The notes below the pieces were generated by a model. That model did no database searches, was not told the DNA's origin, and worked only from the letters and a program-made list of their open reading frames with translations. A DNA stretch of 64,000 bases. Source: Candidatus Latescibacterota bacterium (GTDB lineage: Bacteria > Latescibacterota > UBA2968 > UBA8231). Below are positions 38,938-48,829 of the stretch, one piece after another. The stretch is taken from the NCBI GenBank assembly GCA_965208105.1, contig OZ242318.1:1184001-1248000 (forward strand), read 5' to 3'. The position numbers were made by a program, and so were the translations under genes. Position 1 is the stretch's first letter, and each line of letters begins with the position of its first letter.

Positions 38938-40036
38938 GAGGGGCGCCCGGGGACTCCCCCATGGACTGCAGCATCTTGTAGGCCAAGCGCTGCAGGTAGT
39001 CGTCGTCGCCGGCGCGCACGATCTCGCGGAAATGTTCAACGGCTCCAGCCCTGTCTCCCTGCTCCATGAGCAGGGTGGCCAGGCCGAAGCGCGGTCCGGC
39101 GAAGTCGGGCTTTATGCTTATGGCCTGGCGGTACTGGCGCACCGCTCCTTCCACGTCACCCTGCTGGTAGAGGATGGCGGCCAGGTTGTTGCGGGCCCGG
39201 TAGTGGCCCGGGTCGATGCGAATTGTCTGGCGCAGCATTCCAACCGCGGCCTCCACCTTCCCCTGCTCTTTGAGCGCCAGGGCCAGGTTGTAGCGCGCGT
39301 TGGCATGGCCGGGGTTGAGTCGGACGGCAGTGCGGTAGTGCCCAACGGCTTCGTCCACCGCGCCCAGATCCCTCAGCAAGTGGGCCAGTAGATAGTGCGC
39401 CCGGCGGTGGTCCGGTTCCAACCGGAGGGCGTTGCGCAAGGCCTTCTCGGCCCCCTCCAGGTCTCCCTGGTCCCTGAGCACGTTGCCCAGGTTGCTGTGG
39501 GCGTCGGCATGTCCCGGAAGGAGACGGATGATCTCCCGGTACTGGAAAGCCGCGCTGTCCAGGTGTCCCTGCCCGAAGAGGACGAAGCCCAGATTGGTGC
39601 GCGCCTTGCTGTTGTCCGGGTCGAGGCCGAGGACCCGGCGGTAGGCCCGCTTCGCCCCCTCCGCGTCCCCCTTTCCATCCAGGGCCACTCCCAGGTTGTA
39701 CCAGGCGTCGACATAGCTCGAATCGAGGCCGATGGCCTGCCGGTAGGCCGCGATGGCGCGGTCCGCATCCCCCTCCCTGAAGAACAGGGCGCCGAGGCTG
39801 TAGTAGGCCGGAGCGTACTCGGGGTCGAGGCGGAGGGCGTGGCGCAGGGCCTGCAGGGCGCCGGTCTTGTCGCCCCGTTGGTAGAGAGCGATGCCGCGCT
39901 GGTGGTAGGACTCGGCGGTCTGCAGGTCGAAGCGAGGTCCCTCCGCCGGGCTGACCTTGCCGCCTCCACCGCGGTTGTCGGAACACCCCAGGCCGCCCAG
40001 CGTACTGACAAGGAGAACCAAGGTCAACAGGGTCAT
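38867..40036 (-). CDS. Tetratricopeptide repeat lipoprotein
   Basis: Lipobox GLGC; about nine TPRs (AWYNLG, ARTNLG, AHSNLG, ARYNLA). Confidence 0.88.
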   Translation of the reverse strand: MTLLTLVLLVSTLGGLGCSDNRGGGGKVSPAEGPRFDLQTAESYHQRGIALYQRGDKTGALQALRHALRLDPEYAPAYYSLGALFFREGDADRAIAAYRQAIGLDSSYVDAWYNLGVALDGKGDAEGAKRAYRRVLGLDPDNSKARTNLGFVLFGQGHLDSAAFQYREIIRLLPGHADAHSNLGNVLRDQGDLEGAEKALRNALRLEPDHRRAHYLLAHLLRDLGAVDEAVGHYRTAVRLNPGHANARYNLALALKEQGKVEAAVGMLRQTIRIDPGHYRARNNLAAILYQQGDVEGAVRQYRQAISIKPDFAGPRFGLATLLMEQGDRAGAVEHFREIVRAGDDDYLQRLAYKMLQSMGESPGAPLRVPPPPAPPPPPPADSGSPAPR

Positions 40037-40347
40037 CCAGTGTCCCTTCGCGGAGACAGGTCGACAAAATTGAGCCGCTGAGGCGCCCGGCCCACAAGGC
40101 GTCTCAGGGAGTCGTACCTGTGGTGTACGGCGAGTGAAGGCAACGCCGTGAGCCGGGATGGATCGGCGGAAGAATGGCGGCATATCTCTGCGACGGGACA
40201 CCAGATTACTATAGGGGGCAGGGAGCCAACTTGCAAGGAAGGCAGGAGCCGCGGCTCCCATCCCTGCCGGCTATGAGGTTGCCCTCCGGCGCCGTTGAGC
40301 GGATTCACAAGTCCCGGCCCCTCCATATCTTTCTGAAAGGATACCTC

Positions 40348-41289
40348 GTGGACCAGGCCCCATCGAACAAAGGCACCCAACCCGCCCCGACGCTGATCCT
40401 GGACTGCGACCCCGGAGTGGACGACGCCATGGCCATCCTCCTCGCCCTGGGAGCGCCAGGAGCCGAGGTGCTGGGCATATCCACCGTGTGCGGCAACGTG
40501 CCGGTGGAGCGGGCCACCCGCAACGCGTTGCAGGTGGTGGAGCTGGCCGGCCGTACGGAGGTGGGAGTCTACGAAGGTGCGCGAAAACCGCTGGGTCGCG
40601 ACCCCTTCCACGCCGAGCATTTCCACGGCGAGAGCGGTCTGGGGCGGGCGCGGCTGCCCGACCCGGGCACGGGTCCCCGGGGAGACGCGGTCGATTTCCT
40701 CGTCGATGCCCTGGGCGACCGGCCCGGTGCCGTGACCCTGGTTGCCCTCGGTCCCCTTACCAACCTTGCCCGGGCCGAACGGCGGCGTCCGGGGGTTTTG
40801 CGCCTGGCCCACAAGGTCGTGGTGATGGGCGGAGCCGTGAGGGTTCCCGGGAATGTGACCGCGGCGGCGGAGTTCAATTTCTACGCCGATCCGGCGGCCG
40901 CCCGCCAGGTTGTGCGCTCCGGCGCCCGGCTTGTGCTGGTGAGTCTGGACGCGACCGGCAAGGTGGCTCTGGAGCGCGGGGACATGGAAAATTGCCGCGG
41001 TCCCCTGGGCCGTTTCTGCCGCGCCGCCGCCGAGACCGGCTTCGCCTTCGCCGAGGCGGCCAGGGGCGCCGGAAGGTTTCACCTGCATGATCCGACCGCG
41101 GTGGCCCTGGCCCTGGCCCCTCGGCTGGGCCGAGGTGAGACCCTCGGCCTGGACGTGGAGTGCGATGACCCGGCCGCGGCCGGCCAGATCCTCGTGGACG
41201 AGGGCGGAGGGCACCCCGTGCTCTGTATCCTGGATGCGGACCGGGACGGGGTGGTGGAGCTTTTCAGCCGCCACGTCCTTTCCCGCTAG
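40348..41289 (+). CDS. Inosine/uridine-preferring nucleoside hydrolase
   Basis: DCDPGVDDA, FHGESGLG, LGPLTNLA, AEFNFYADP, LHDP; GTG start after GAAAGGA. Confidence 0.93.
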   Translation: MDQAPSNKGTQPAPTLILDCDPGVDDAMAILLALGAPGAEVLGISTVCGNVPVERATRNALQVVELAGRTEVGVYEGARKPLGRDPFHAEHFHGESGLGRARLPDPGTGPRGDAVDFLVDALGDRPGAVTLVALGPLTNLARAERRRPGVLRLAHKVVVMGGAVRVPGNVTAAAEFNFYADPAAARQVVRSGARLVLVSLDATGKVALERGDMENCRGPLGRFCRAAAETGFAFAEAARGAGRFHLHDPTAVALALAPRLGRGETLGLDVECDDPAAAGQILVDEGGGHPVLCILDADRDGVVELFSRHVLSR

Positions 41290-41370
41290 AAACCGGGGAT
41301 ACCTGCCTCCGGTCCGGGCGGCCTGCCCTGCCGGTGGCGCAGCGGCCGGGTAGCCAGGCGGCATATGGGG

Positions 41371-41410
41371 GGTGATCTCGCGCCCGTCTCACACGGGGCG
41401 GGAGATCACC
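41371..41410. terminator. Strong hairpin between convergent genes
   Basis: GGTGATCTC.CGCCC / GGGCG.GAGATCACC; no U-tract. Confidence 0.45.
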
Positions 41411-43379
41411 AGGTATGCACCGTATGCGGGTCCAGGGGAAACCAGATATAGTCCACCAGATCGGAGAGCATGGCACCGATCACGTAGCCGATGCCGAGCC
41501 CGTAGAAGAACAGCTTGCCCTTGTTGTAGGACCGCACCCCCCCGAAGCGCAGCAGGGTGAACTTTGCCAGCCATACCAGGGCCAGGGTGGCCCAGTAGCG
41601 CTGCGGCGAGGGGGTGTACTGGAAGGCAAGTCCGATGGGGTGCAGGGGGAACCAGTGAAAGTGGGCGCGCAGCAGGGCGAGGCCCATGGCCTCGAAGAAC
41701 CCCAGCAGCCACACCGCCCAGCGCTCGAGGTGAGGGATGCGCGGGTTTTCGATCAGCTCCACCATGTAGTCGAAGGCGGCGATGCCCGCTCCCACGCTGC
41801 GCAGCATGCCCCCGCCGTAGCCGTCGGTAAGGGCCGCAACCGCGGCCGCGAAGAAACCCACCACGAAGGCCAGGAGCACCGCCGCAGCCACCTTCCAGGG
41901 CTGCACCTTCATGGAGAAGATCTTCAGAATGTGGGGTATGGCCGGCCACGCCGAGACCCGGAAGTTGCCGAAGAAGGCGTGGCTGGCGACCACGCTGAAG
42001 GCCACCAGACTCTGGGAGGAGAGGCGGACCGTGCCCACCAGCTCGAGGAGGAAATCCTTGCCCTTCATGTGGTCCCAGTCGGGCAGCAGATAGGTGAAGC
42101 CGGTGGCGGCGACGAGCTTGGCGATGAGGAAGTAGATCAGCGCGGTCAGCAGGAACACCCCCGCGGCCAGGGGCAGACTCATTCCCAATGCGACCATCCA
42201 CCCCACCACGTAGATACCCGAAAGCACCAGGCCGGCCAGCACCAGCCGGTAGCGCCACACCTCGTCCCGGTCCCCCTCTCCCGTTCGCACCTGGCGCCAC
42301 ACCCTGCGCAGGTGCCCCCGCGCCAGCCAGAACGACCACGCCACCACGAAGAACATGGCCCCGTAGCTCTCCATCTGCAGGATCTTCTCCCACCCCATGG
42401 GGTGTCCCGCACTGCCCAGGGAGAACCCAACCCGGTGCATGGCCGCCCCCTTCATCACCGCGAAGAAGTAGAAGGCCACGAGGCTGCCCAGGATGTCCAG
42501 GGGACACAGGTACATCATGATCATGAGCAGGGGAAGAATCCGCACCCAGAGCACCGGGAAGGGGTCACCCAGCTCCAGGTCGTAGACCTTCCAGTAGAAC
42601 TCGAGGGGCGGCACGCCCGGAGTGAAGTAGGTGCAGATGCTGTAGAGGATGGGGAGGAAGGCGGCGGCGAACCCGACCCAGAACAGCCTGGTGCGAAAGA
42701 TTTCCGGCATGCGCCCCGGTCCGTCGACGCCGCGGGTCAGCTCCAGGGGCAACTGCGCCATGGGAAAGGCGAGGCGCTCCTGCTCCTCCCACTGGCGCTG
42801 GAAGAGCACGATGAGACAGAATCCGAATACCACCAGGGCCACGGACACGCTCAGCCACTGCATGGTCGCCCCCAGCCAGCCGTCCCAGGGCACGGGCGCT
42901 CCCTGGGGAAGCCCCAGCCAGAAGGCGTCGATCACGCGACCGGAGGTTTCGGGGAATACGTGCCAGGGAAGATAGTCGAAGAGAGTCTCGGCCCACTGGT
43001 TTTCGGCGGAGTCGAAGTAGGCCGGGGCGGCCAGGATGAGGGCCCAGTAGGCCATCCACCCCGACCCCGAGATGGTGCCCGCCACCCAGAGCATGCCGAA
43101 AATGGTGAGCAGTTCGCCGCGCCTGAGCGCAATGGCCGGGCACAGCCGCTTGAGCGCGACGTTGGCGAAGAGCCAGACCACGAATGCGCCGAGCACCACC
43201 AGGGGCAGCTGGGACTTAACCGCTATATCGATCCCGTAGAAGATGGCGGCAATGGTCAACGCCCCCAGCACCATGGCGCGCAGGGTGATTCGAGGCCCCC
43301 GTCTGCGCAGCTCCACCAGGGGGGAGGTCTCCTGGGAACCCCTATCTTCCGGCATGGGCGGTTGGGCGGTTGAGGCCAT
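41406..43379 (-). CDS. DUF6785/DUF6784-like membrane protein, paralogue 3
   Basis: RQWEEQERLAFPMAQLP, RLFWVG, HWFPLHPIG, GKLFFYG; GGAGG RBS. Confidence 0.8.
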   Translation of the reverse strand: MASTAQPPMPEDRGSQETSPLVELRRRGPRITLRAMVLGALTIAAIFYGIDIAVKSQLPLVVLGAFVVWLFANVALKRLCPAIALRRGELLTIFGMLWVAGTISGSGWMAYWALILAAPAYFDSAENQWAETLFDYLPWHVFPETSGRVIDAFWLGLPQGAPVPWDGWLGATMQWLSVSVALVVFGFCLIVLFQRQWEEQERLAFPMAQLPLELTRGVDGPGRMPEIFRTRLFWVGFAAAFLPILYSICTYFTPGVPPLEFYWKVYDLELGDPFPVLWVRILPLLMIMMYLCPLDILGSLVAFYFFAVMKGAAMHRVGFSLGSAGHPMGWEKILQMESYGAMFFVVAWSFWLARGHLRRVWRQVRTGEGDRDEVWRYRLVLAGLVLSGIYVVGWMVALGMSLPLAAGVFLLTALIYFLIAKLVAATGFTYLLPDWDHMKGKDFLLELVGTVRLSSQSLVAFSVVASHAFFGNFRVSAWPAIPHILKIFSMKVQPWKVAAAVLLAFVVGFFAAAVAALTDGYGGGMLRSVGAGIAAFDYMVELIENPRIPHLERWAVWLLGFFEAMGLALLRAHFHWFPLHPIGLAFQYTPSPQRYWATLALVWLAKFTLLRFGGVRSYNKGKLFFYGLGIGYVIGAMLSDLVDYIWFPLDPHTVHTW

Positions 43380-43483
43380 GTCCTCCAGGTGATATTCGCT
43401 TCAATGCGGGCAGGGTTCAGCGGGTGAAGTCGGGCCAATTCGGGCATCACAGTCCACCGGGGCCCTGCCGGTCGCAGGCGGGT

Positions 43484-44335
43484 TCAATCCCCTTCTCCCT
43501 CCCGCTCCCAGCGGCTCGGGTCCATCCCCGGGGCCGTCTGCGCCATGCCGGCCGGTTTGTTTGGCACCTCGAAGTCCCAGTAGCGGGTGTTGGGATCGGC
43601 GAACAGGGGACGGACATCAGGAGGCAAGCCGGCAAGGTCGGCTTCGTTCCACTGCTCCACCGGGCTGATGGGGCCGGCCCAGGCCGGCCGATAGGCCGCG
43701 GATATCATGGTACGCGAGCGGCTGCCCACATTGGGCAGGGTGCCGTGGAAGGTGCGGTGGTTGAGGAAGAGGGCAGACCCCGCCCTGCAGGGCACCACCA
43801 CCTCCTCGGGGTGGCGCTCGTAGCGTTTGTAGGGATTGGCGTCGGCGTGCATGCACAGGTGCGAACGCGGGACCACTCTGAAGGGCGACACGTCCATGGT
43901 CAGGTCATCCAGGTAGTAGAGCACGCGAATGGTGAAGGGACAACTCCCCTGGTATCCGAAGATGGTGGACCCGTAGGGTTGACCGTCGGTGTGCAGGCTG
44001 ATGCCCGGGGTGCCGGGCTCGGAGCGGTCGCAGCCGGCGCGGATGAACACGATCTCCGAGCCGAACACCTGGCGCAGGAAGGCCATGGTGGGGGGGTGGG
44101 CCAGAAGCTCGGTGACGGCCCCTCCCCTGAACTCGACGTTGGAAGTACTGCGCTGGTGTTCGCTGTAGTCCCTGGGATTGCTCTCCCAGGTCGCGGCCTG
44201 GGCTTTGAGACGGGCTACCTGCTCCGGAGAGAGTATATCGGGTATCATCAGATACCCTTCCAGCTCCACCTGCCTGATGCGCTCGCCCGGACTCAGGGCG
44301 GACCAGTCGCGGCTGTCGATCTTTCTGTCCTCCAT
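43484..44335 (-). CDS. PhyH-family dioxygenase
   Basis: VELEGYL, LHTD, RVVPRSH, AGSA...FHG; start re-called to ATG 44335. Confidence 0.88.
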   Translation of the reverse strand: MEDRKIDSRDWSALSPGERIRQVELEGYLMIPDILSPEQVARLKAQAATWESNPRDYSEHQRSTSNVEFRGGAVTELLAHPPTMAFLRQVFGSEIVFIRAGCDRSEPGTPGISLHTDGQPYGSTIFGYQGSCPFTIRVLYYLDDLTMDVSPFRVVPRSHLCMHADANPYKRYERHPEEVVVPCRAGSALFLNHRTFHGTLPNVGSRSRTMISAAYRPAWAGPISPVEQWNEADLAGLPPDVRPLFADPNTRYWDFEVPNKPAGMAQTAPGMDPSRWEREGEGD

Positions 44336-44516
44336 TGAAGTTGCTCCTGGGTTGGGACGGCGGCAGCGGCGGAATGGTGCAGGTCCTGCAGGGGCAGGCC
44401 TCATCCGGCCGCCGCCGCCAGCTCCGGTTGTTATTTTTCAGGAAGAATTCGACTCCCCGCTCCTGCCTCGAATGAGAAGGGTCATTCCCTTCCGAAGTAC
44501 CCTGCGGACCAGGGGC

Positions 44517-46727
44517 TCAACTCCGCGGTCTGCGCACGTAGACAGGACTGCTCCAGGCCCTCGCCCGGTCCACCTGCACCACCCTCACCCAGTAGGGCCA
44601 CTCTCCTTCAAGCGGCGACGTATCGCGGTACTCCAGCTCGATCCGCTGCGGTCCGTCCTCCGCGGGCGCCGGTCCCACCTCCACGAACTTGCCCTCCCCA
44701 CCAGCTTTCACCACCATGGGCGCCCGCAGCACCTGCTCCAGGCGGAAATCGAAGGAGCATTGCCGCGACTCGAAGCGGCCCGCCCCGGCTCCCTCCACCC
44801 TGCACACCAGGCCCATGTCGTTGCCCCCGGTAGCGGAGTTCCACCGGAGGGAATGGGGACCGTCCTGCCTGATGCGGTCGGCGCCGCTCTGCAACCCGAT
44901 CCCGCGCGCCTCCTCGATGAGTCCTTCCTCGAGGTGCACCGTGCCGTCCCAGACCACGAGCTGATCTCTCGCCGTTCCGCGCTTCTCGGCTCCCCCCCAG
45001 AGCACCCGCAGGGACCCGGCCTGCACCCGCCCGGTTCGCCAGCTGCACAGCACCTCGACCCCGCGCAGCAAGTCCACCCTCTCCACCGCCGCGGTGCCCT
45101 CCACCTGGATGCGCACCAGGGGCCGGCCGCCGGTTTCATATTCTTCGCCCATGGTCCGGCCATCCACGTCCACCCGCAGCAGAATGCGTTCCCCGCTGGT
45201 GGCATAGCAGCGCCTCGCCCTGAAAGCCCGCCAGAGCCCCTCCCGGGTCAGCTCTTCGGCAAGGACCGCGGTGAGCCCGTTGCGCACCGTGCGCGACATC
45301 CTCCGGCCCGGCTGGCAGGCTCCGGGACGTCCCATCACCCCGTCCGATCCCCCGGTTACCCCGACCTTGTAGCCCCGGCGCAGGGCGTCCTCCACGAACC
45401 ACTCCGAGGTAGCGTGAGTCGAGTGGATCTCGAAGAGGGGCTCGATGGCGGGCTCGTGATAGTCCAAGTTGGTGGGACGCCCGCCAACGTGCAGATTGAG
45501 GATCACCTCCTCGCCGCGCATGGCCGCCAGGAACTCCGGCGCCCGCGGCAGGTCGGGCTCAGGATCGGGCTCCTCCTCGCGGAAGAACCGTCCCGAGCGC
45601 CGCAGCCTCCTCTCGTCGCCGCGATAGATCACGTTGCGGTCGCCCCCGTCCTCGGTGGGGGGGCTCCACTCGCAGCCCAGATAACACGCGAACCGACCCG
45701 GGGCGTCGAAGTCCCGCGAAACCTGCCGCACGTGGTCCCAGACCTCGGCCCCGACGTAGTGGTCGTTGGCCTGCTGGCTGGCGAACTGCAGCCCGGCCAC
45801 GTCGCGGGCGTAGGCGAAATGGTCCTCCAGGGATCCGGCCCCGCAGCCGATGTCGGTCTGGCCCGAGTGCAGGTCGCCCCAGAAGAGCTTCAGCGCCGGC
45901 GGCGACCGATGGACGCGCACCGGGTTTCCCACCGCCTGCAGTCCGGTACCGGCGGCTTCGAACCTGGGGCGGAAGACTCCGGGGGTCCGCCAGCGCAGGG
46001 CATAGCGGTATACGCCCGCGGTGTCTCCACCCTCCCCCTTCCAGCTCATCCCCTCTTCCGGGAGCACCCGGGGGGCGGCGGCCAGCGGGATCGGGTTGCC
46101 CCACCTGTCTTCGGCGCGGACCGTCAAGGGAATCTCCTCCTGGACCACCCCCTCCGAAGGGGATACGGCCACCAGCCGCACCGGCGGTCCCGGCTGCAGG
46201 GGGAATGAAGGAGGATCGGGCAGCCGGATCCAGTCGTCGCCGCCCTCGGGATTGATCAGAAGGAGAAATCCCGCCGAGCGCGCCGCGAAGGTGGGCGCTC
46301 CCCAGCCGTCGCGCCCTCCGCACAGCAAATCGACCCGGTCGCCGCGGCGCAGTTTCCCCGCCTGCACCCGCAGCTCTATGTGATGATTCCAGGGATCGAG
46401 ATCCCCCCTGGGCTCGAAGACGGCATCGATTGCGGCGGCGGCCCTCACCTCCATGTCCTCCCTGCCCAGGACGGTCCAGTCGAAGGGCCAGCGCCAGGCG
46501 ATCCGCAGGCGGCCGCCCCTTCCTAGCTCCGTTGCCCCGATCTCGAAACCGAAGGAGACGCGCAGCCGCTCTCCAACCACCGGGTCTCCTGCGGGCTCGC
46601 ATGTAGCCGCTCCATGCCGCCGCCGGCGCTCGCCGGGGCTCAACCCCGCCATGTGCCAGACCTGGCCCCTGCCTGGAAAACCACTGACAGGCAAGGCCTC
46701 CTTCCCAGTATTGCAAGGCGTCTTCAT
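44517..46727 (-). CDS. DUF3604-like PHP-fold metallohydrolase
   Basis: LFWGDLHS, NDH, GCEWS, EIHSTH, GGSDG, CYATSGERI, AWSSP; ATGA overlap with purM stop. Confidence 0.75.
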   Translation of the reverse strand: MKTPCNTGKEALPVSGFPGRGQVWHMAGLSPGERRRRHGAATCEPAGDPVVGERLRVSFGFEIGATELGRGGRLRIAWRWPFDWTVLGREDMEVRAAAAIDAVFEPRGDLDPWNHHIELRVQAGKLRRGDRVDLLCGGRDGWGAPTFAARSAGFLLLINPEGGDDWIRLPDPPSFPLQPGPPVRLVAVSPSEGVVQEEIPLTVRAEDRWGNPIPLAAAPRVLPEEGMSWKGEGGDTAGVYRYALRWRTPGVFRPRFEAAGTGLQAVGNPVRVHRSPPALKLFWGDLHSGQTDIGCGAGSLEDHFAYARDVAGLQFASQQANDHYVGAEVWDHVRQVSRDFDAPGRFACYLGCEWSPPTEDGGDRNVIYRGDERRLRRSGRFFREEEPDPEPDLPRAPEFLAAMRGEEVILNLHVGGRPTNLDYHEPAIEPLFEIHSTHATSEWFVEDALRRGYKVGVTGGSDGVMGRPGACQPGRRMSRTVRNGLTAVLAEELTREGLWRAFRARRCYATSGERILLRVDVDGRTMGEEYETGGRPLVRIQVEGTAAVERVDLLRGVEVLCSWRTGRVQAGSLRVLWGGAEKRGTARDQLVVWDGTVHLEEGLIEEARGIGLQSGADRIRQDGPHSLRWNSATGGNDMGLVCRVEGAGAGRFESRQCSFDFRLEQVLRAPMVVKAGGEGKFVEVGPAPAEDGPQRIELEYRDTSPLEGEWPYWVRVVQVDRARAWSSPVYVRRPRS

Positions 46728-47764
46728 CGCCACTCCAGATCCCCGGCGAACCTGACCGCCTTCGAGCCCTCGGCGATTCTGCCGATGGCGAAACTGTCGC
46801 AACCCTTCCCCTGCAGGTGGGAGATGATCTCCTCCTGGGCCCCGGGGGACACGACGGCGGCCAGGCCCACTCCCATGTTGAAGGTCCTGAGCATCTCGGC
46901 GTCGGCGACGTTTCCCGTCCCGCGGATTACCTTGAAGACCTCCTGGGGCCTCAAACTGGCGAGATCCACCTGTGCGTCCAGGGAGGCGGGAAGGATGCGG
47001 TTGAGGTTGTCCTGAAGGCCGCCTCCGGTTATGTGCGCCAGTCCCTTCAGGCCGGGATGGGCGAACAAGTCCCTGACGGCCAGATAGTAGCATTCGTGGG
47101 GGCGCATGATGACCTTCAGAAAGGTCTCCCCCTCGACGTCGCGGTCTTCGAGCCCTGGCTCCATCTGCAGGAGCCGGCGGACCAGGGTATAGCCGTTGGT
47201 ATGCAGTCCGTTGGAGGCGACCGCCAGCACCGCGTCACCGGCTTCGATCCTCGATCCATCGATGATCCGGCTCCTCTCCACCACACCCACCAGGGCGGCG
47301 CTGAGCACGTACTCTCCCGCCGCGATCACTCCCGGCTGGACCGAGGTTTCCCCGCCGGTGAGCACGCATCCCTGGTCCCGGCAGGCAGCGGCCATGCCCT
47401 CGACAATGGCCTTCACCGTCTCCGCCTCCATCTCCCCGCAGATGATGCAGTCCTGGGCGTAGTAAGGTTCCGCACCCATGACGATGACGTCGTTTATCAG
47501 GTGGTTTATGAGATCGCGGCCGATGGAATCGGCCAGGCCGTGCTGAAAGGCCAGCTTCTGCTTGGAGCCCGGTTCCTCCATCTTGAGGACGAGAACGGGC
47601 TGGTCGTAGCCGGGGAAACTGGCGTCGACCAGGCTGCCGAACGCCCCCATGGTGTTGAGCAGGCGCGGGTCGCCGCGGTCTATGGAAGACTTCATCAGGC
47701 GCTTCACCGCGTCGGTCTCATCCAGGTCTACGCCGCTCCCGGCATAGGACAATCCATCGCTCAT
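46724..47764 (-). CDS. purM: Phosphoribosylformylglycinamidine cyclo-ligase (AIR synthetase)
   Basis: SYAGSGVD, GGETS..PG, SNGLHTNGYTLVR, AHITGGG, MLRTFNMGVG. Confidence 0.95.
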   Translation of the reverse strand: MSDGLSYAGSGVDLDETDAVKRLMKSSIDRGDPRLLNTMGAFGSLVDASFPGYDQPVLVLKMEEPGSKQKLAFQHGLADSIGRDLINHLINDVIVMGAEPYYAQDCIICGEMEAETVKAIVEGMAAACRDQGCVLTGGETSVQPGVIAAGEYVLSAALVGVVERSRIIDGSRIEAGDAVLAVASNGLHTNGYTLVRRLLQMEPGLEDRDVEGETFLKVIMRPHECYYLAVRDLFAHPGLKGLAHITGGGLQDNLNRILPASLDAQVDLASLRPQEVFKVIRGTGNVADAEMLRTFNMGVGLAAVVSPGAQEEIISHLQGKGCDSFAIGRIAEGSKAVRFAGDLEWR

Positions 47765-47800
47765 CCTGCCTCCTTCCTGCGCTTACCGGCGACGCTCCTT

Positions 47801-47835
47801 ACAATATTGACCCTGTCCCGTTTTAGCAATACATT
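47801..47835. promoter_or_regulatory. Overlapping divergent sigma70 promoters (purM / dehydrogenase)
   Basis: + strand TTGACC-17-TACATT (47807-47835); - strand TTGCTA-17-TATTGT (47829-47801). Confidence 0.6.
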
Positions 47836-47863
47836 ATCCGCCCCCGTCACCAGAAGGCGATAG

Positions 47864-48829
47864 ATGCCCGACACCAAGATCGTCGCCACCGGACCGCTCG
47901 CACAGGTCGCCGTCGACATTCTGCAGGAATCCGGCGAACTGGTCATCGCCCCCGACTTCAGCGAGGACAGCCTCATCCCGCTCCTCGGCGACGCCGCTGC
48001 TCTCGTGGTCCGCGGCGAAGGATCGGCCAGCGCCCGGGTCATCGCCGCCGCCCCGCGCCTGGCGGTCATCGGCCGCAGCGGAGTGGGCTACAACAACATC
48101 GACATCGCCGCCGCCAGCTCGCGCCGGATCCCCGTGGTATTCACTCCGGGCGCCGGCGCACGCGCCGTAGCCGAGGGCGCCATGGCCCTGTTACTCGCCC
48201 TGTGCAAGAACCTGTCCTACTGGGACGAGCAGCTCAAGGCCGGCAACTGGCACAGCCGCTTCGAGAGCTCTCCGGGAGACCTGGAGGGAGCTACTCTCGG
48301 CATCGTCGGATTCGGCCGCATAGGACAGGACCTCGCCCGGCTCGCATCCCCTTTCGACATGGCCATCATCGCCCACGATCCCTACGTGCCGGAGGAGGAT
48401 GCGGAAAAGCTCGGCGTTCGCCTGCTGCCCCTCCCCGATCTTTTCAGCACCTCCGATTTCATCAGCCTGCACGCCGCCGCAACGGCGGAGAACCGCGGCA
48501 TGATCGACGCGGGGCTGCTGCGCCGGGTCAGGAAAGGCGCCATCCTGGTGAACATGGCGCGCGGCGACCTGCTGCAGGACCTCGACGTGCTGCACCAGTG
48601 CCTGATGGACGGGCGCCTGGCCGGGGTGGGCCTGGACGTCTTCGCCCCGGAGCCTCCCGACGTGAGCCACCCCATCTTCAAGCTGCCCAACTGCCTAACC
48701 ACCCCCCATGCCCTCGGCACCTCGCGCCGCGCCACCGCCAAGATCTTCAGCTCCATGGCGCGGGACGTGGTCGCGGTTCTCGAGGGCCGGCGGCCCCGCT
48801 TCGTGGTCAATCCCGACACCCTTTCCTGA
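47864..48829 (+). CDS. D-isomer-specific 2-hydroxyacid dehydrogenase (SerA-like, no ACT domain)
   Basis: GVGYNNID, GIVGFGRIG, NMARG, LDVF..EP, TPH. Confidence 0.9.
   Translation: MPDTKIVATGPLAQVAVDILQESGELVIAPDFSEDSLIPLLGDAAALVVRGEGSASARVIAAAPRLAVIGRSGVGYNNIDIAAASSRRIPVVFTPGAGARAVAEGAMALLLALCKNLSYWDEQLKAGNWHSRFESSPGDLEGATLGIVGFGRIGQDLARLASPFDMAIIAHDPYVPEEDAEKLGVRLLPLPDLFSTSDFISLHAAATAENRGMIDAGLLRRVRKGAILVNMARGDLLQDLDVLHQCLMDGRLAGVGLDVFAPEPPDVSHPIFKLPNCLTTPHALGTSRRATAKIFSSMARDVVAVLEGRRPRFVVNPDTLS

Noticed and set aside
43470-43495. GGTTCAATCCC T-loop-like sequence
   Set aside because: Overlaps the PhyH stop codon and no cloverleaf can be formed
47864-48829. Calling this gene serA
   Set aside because: Only the generic 2-hydroxyacid dehydrogenase core is present; substrate cannot be assigned
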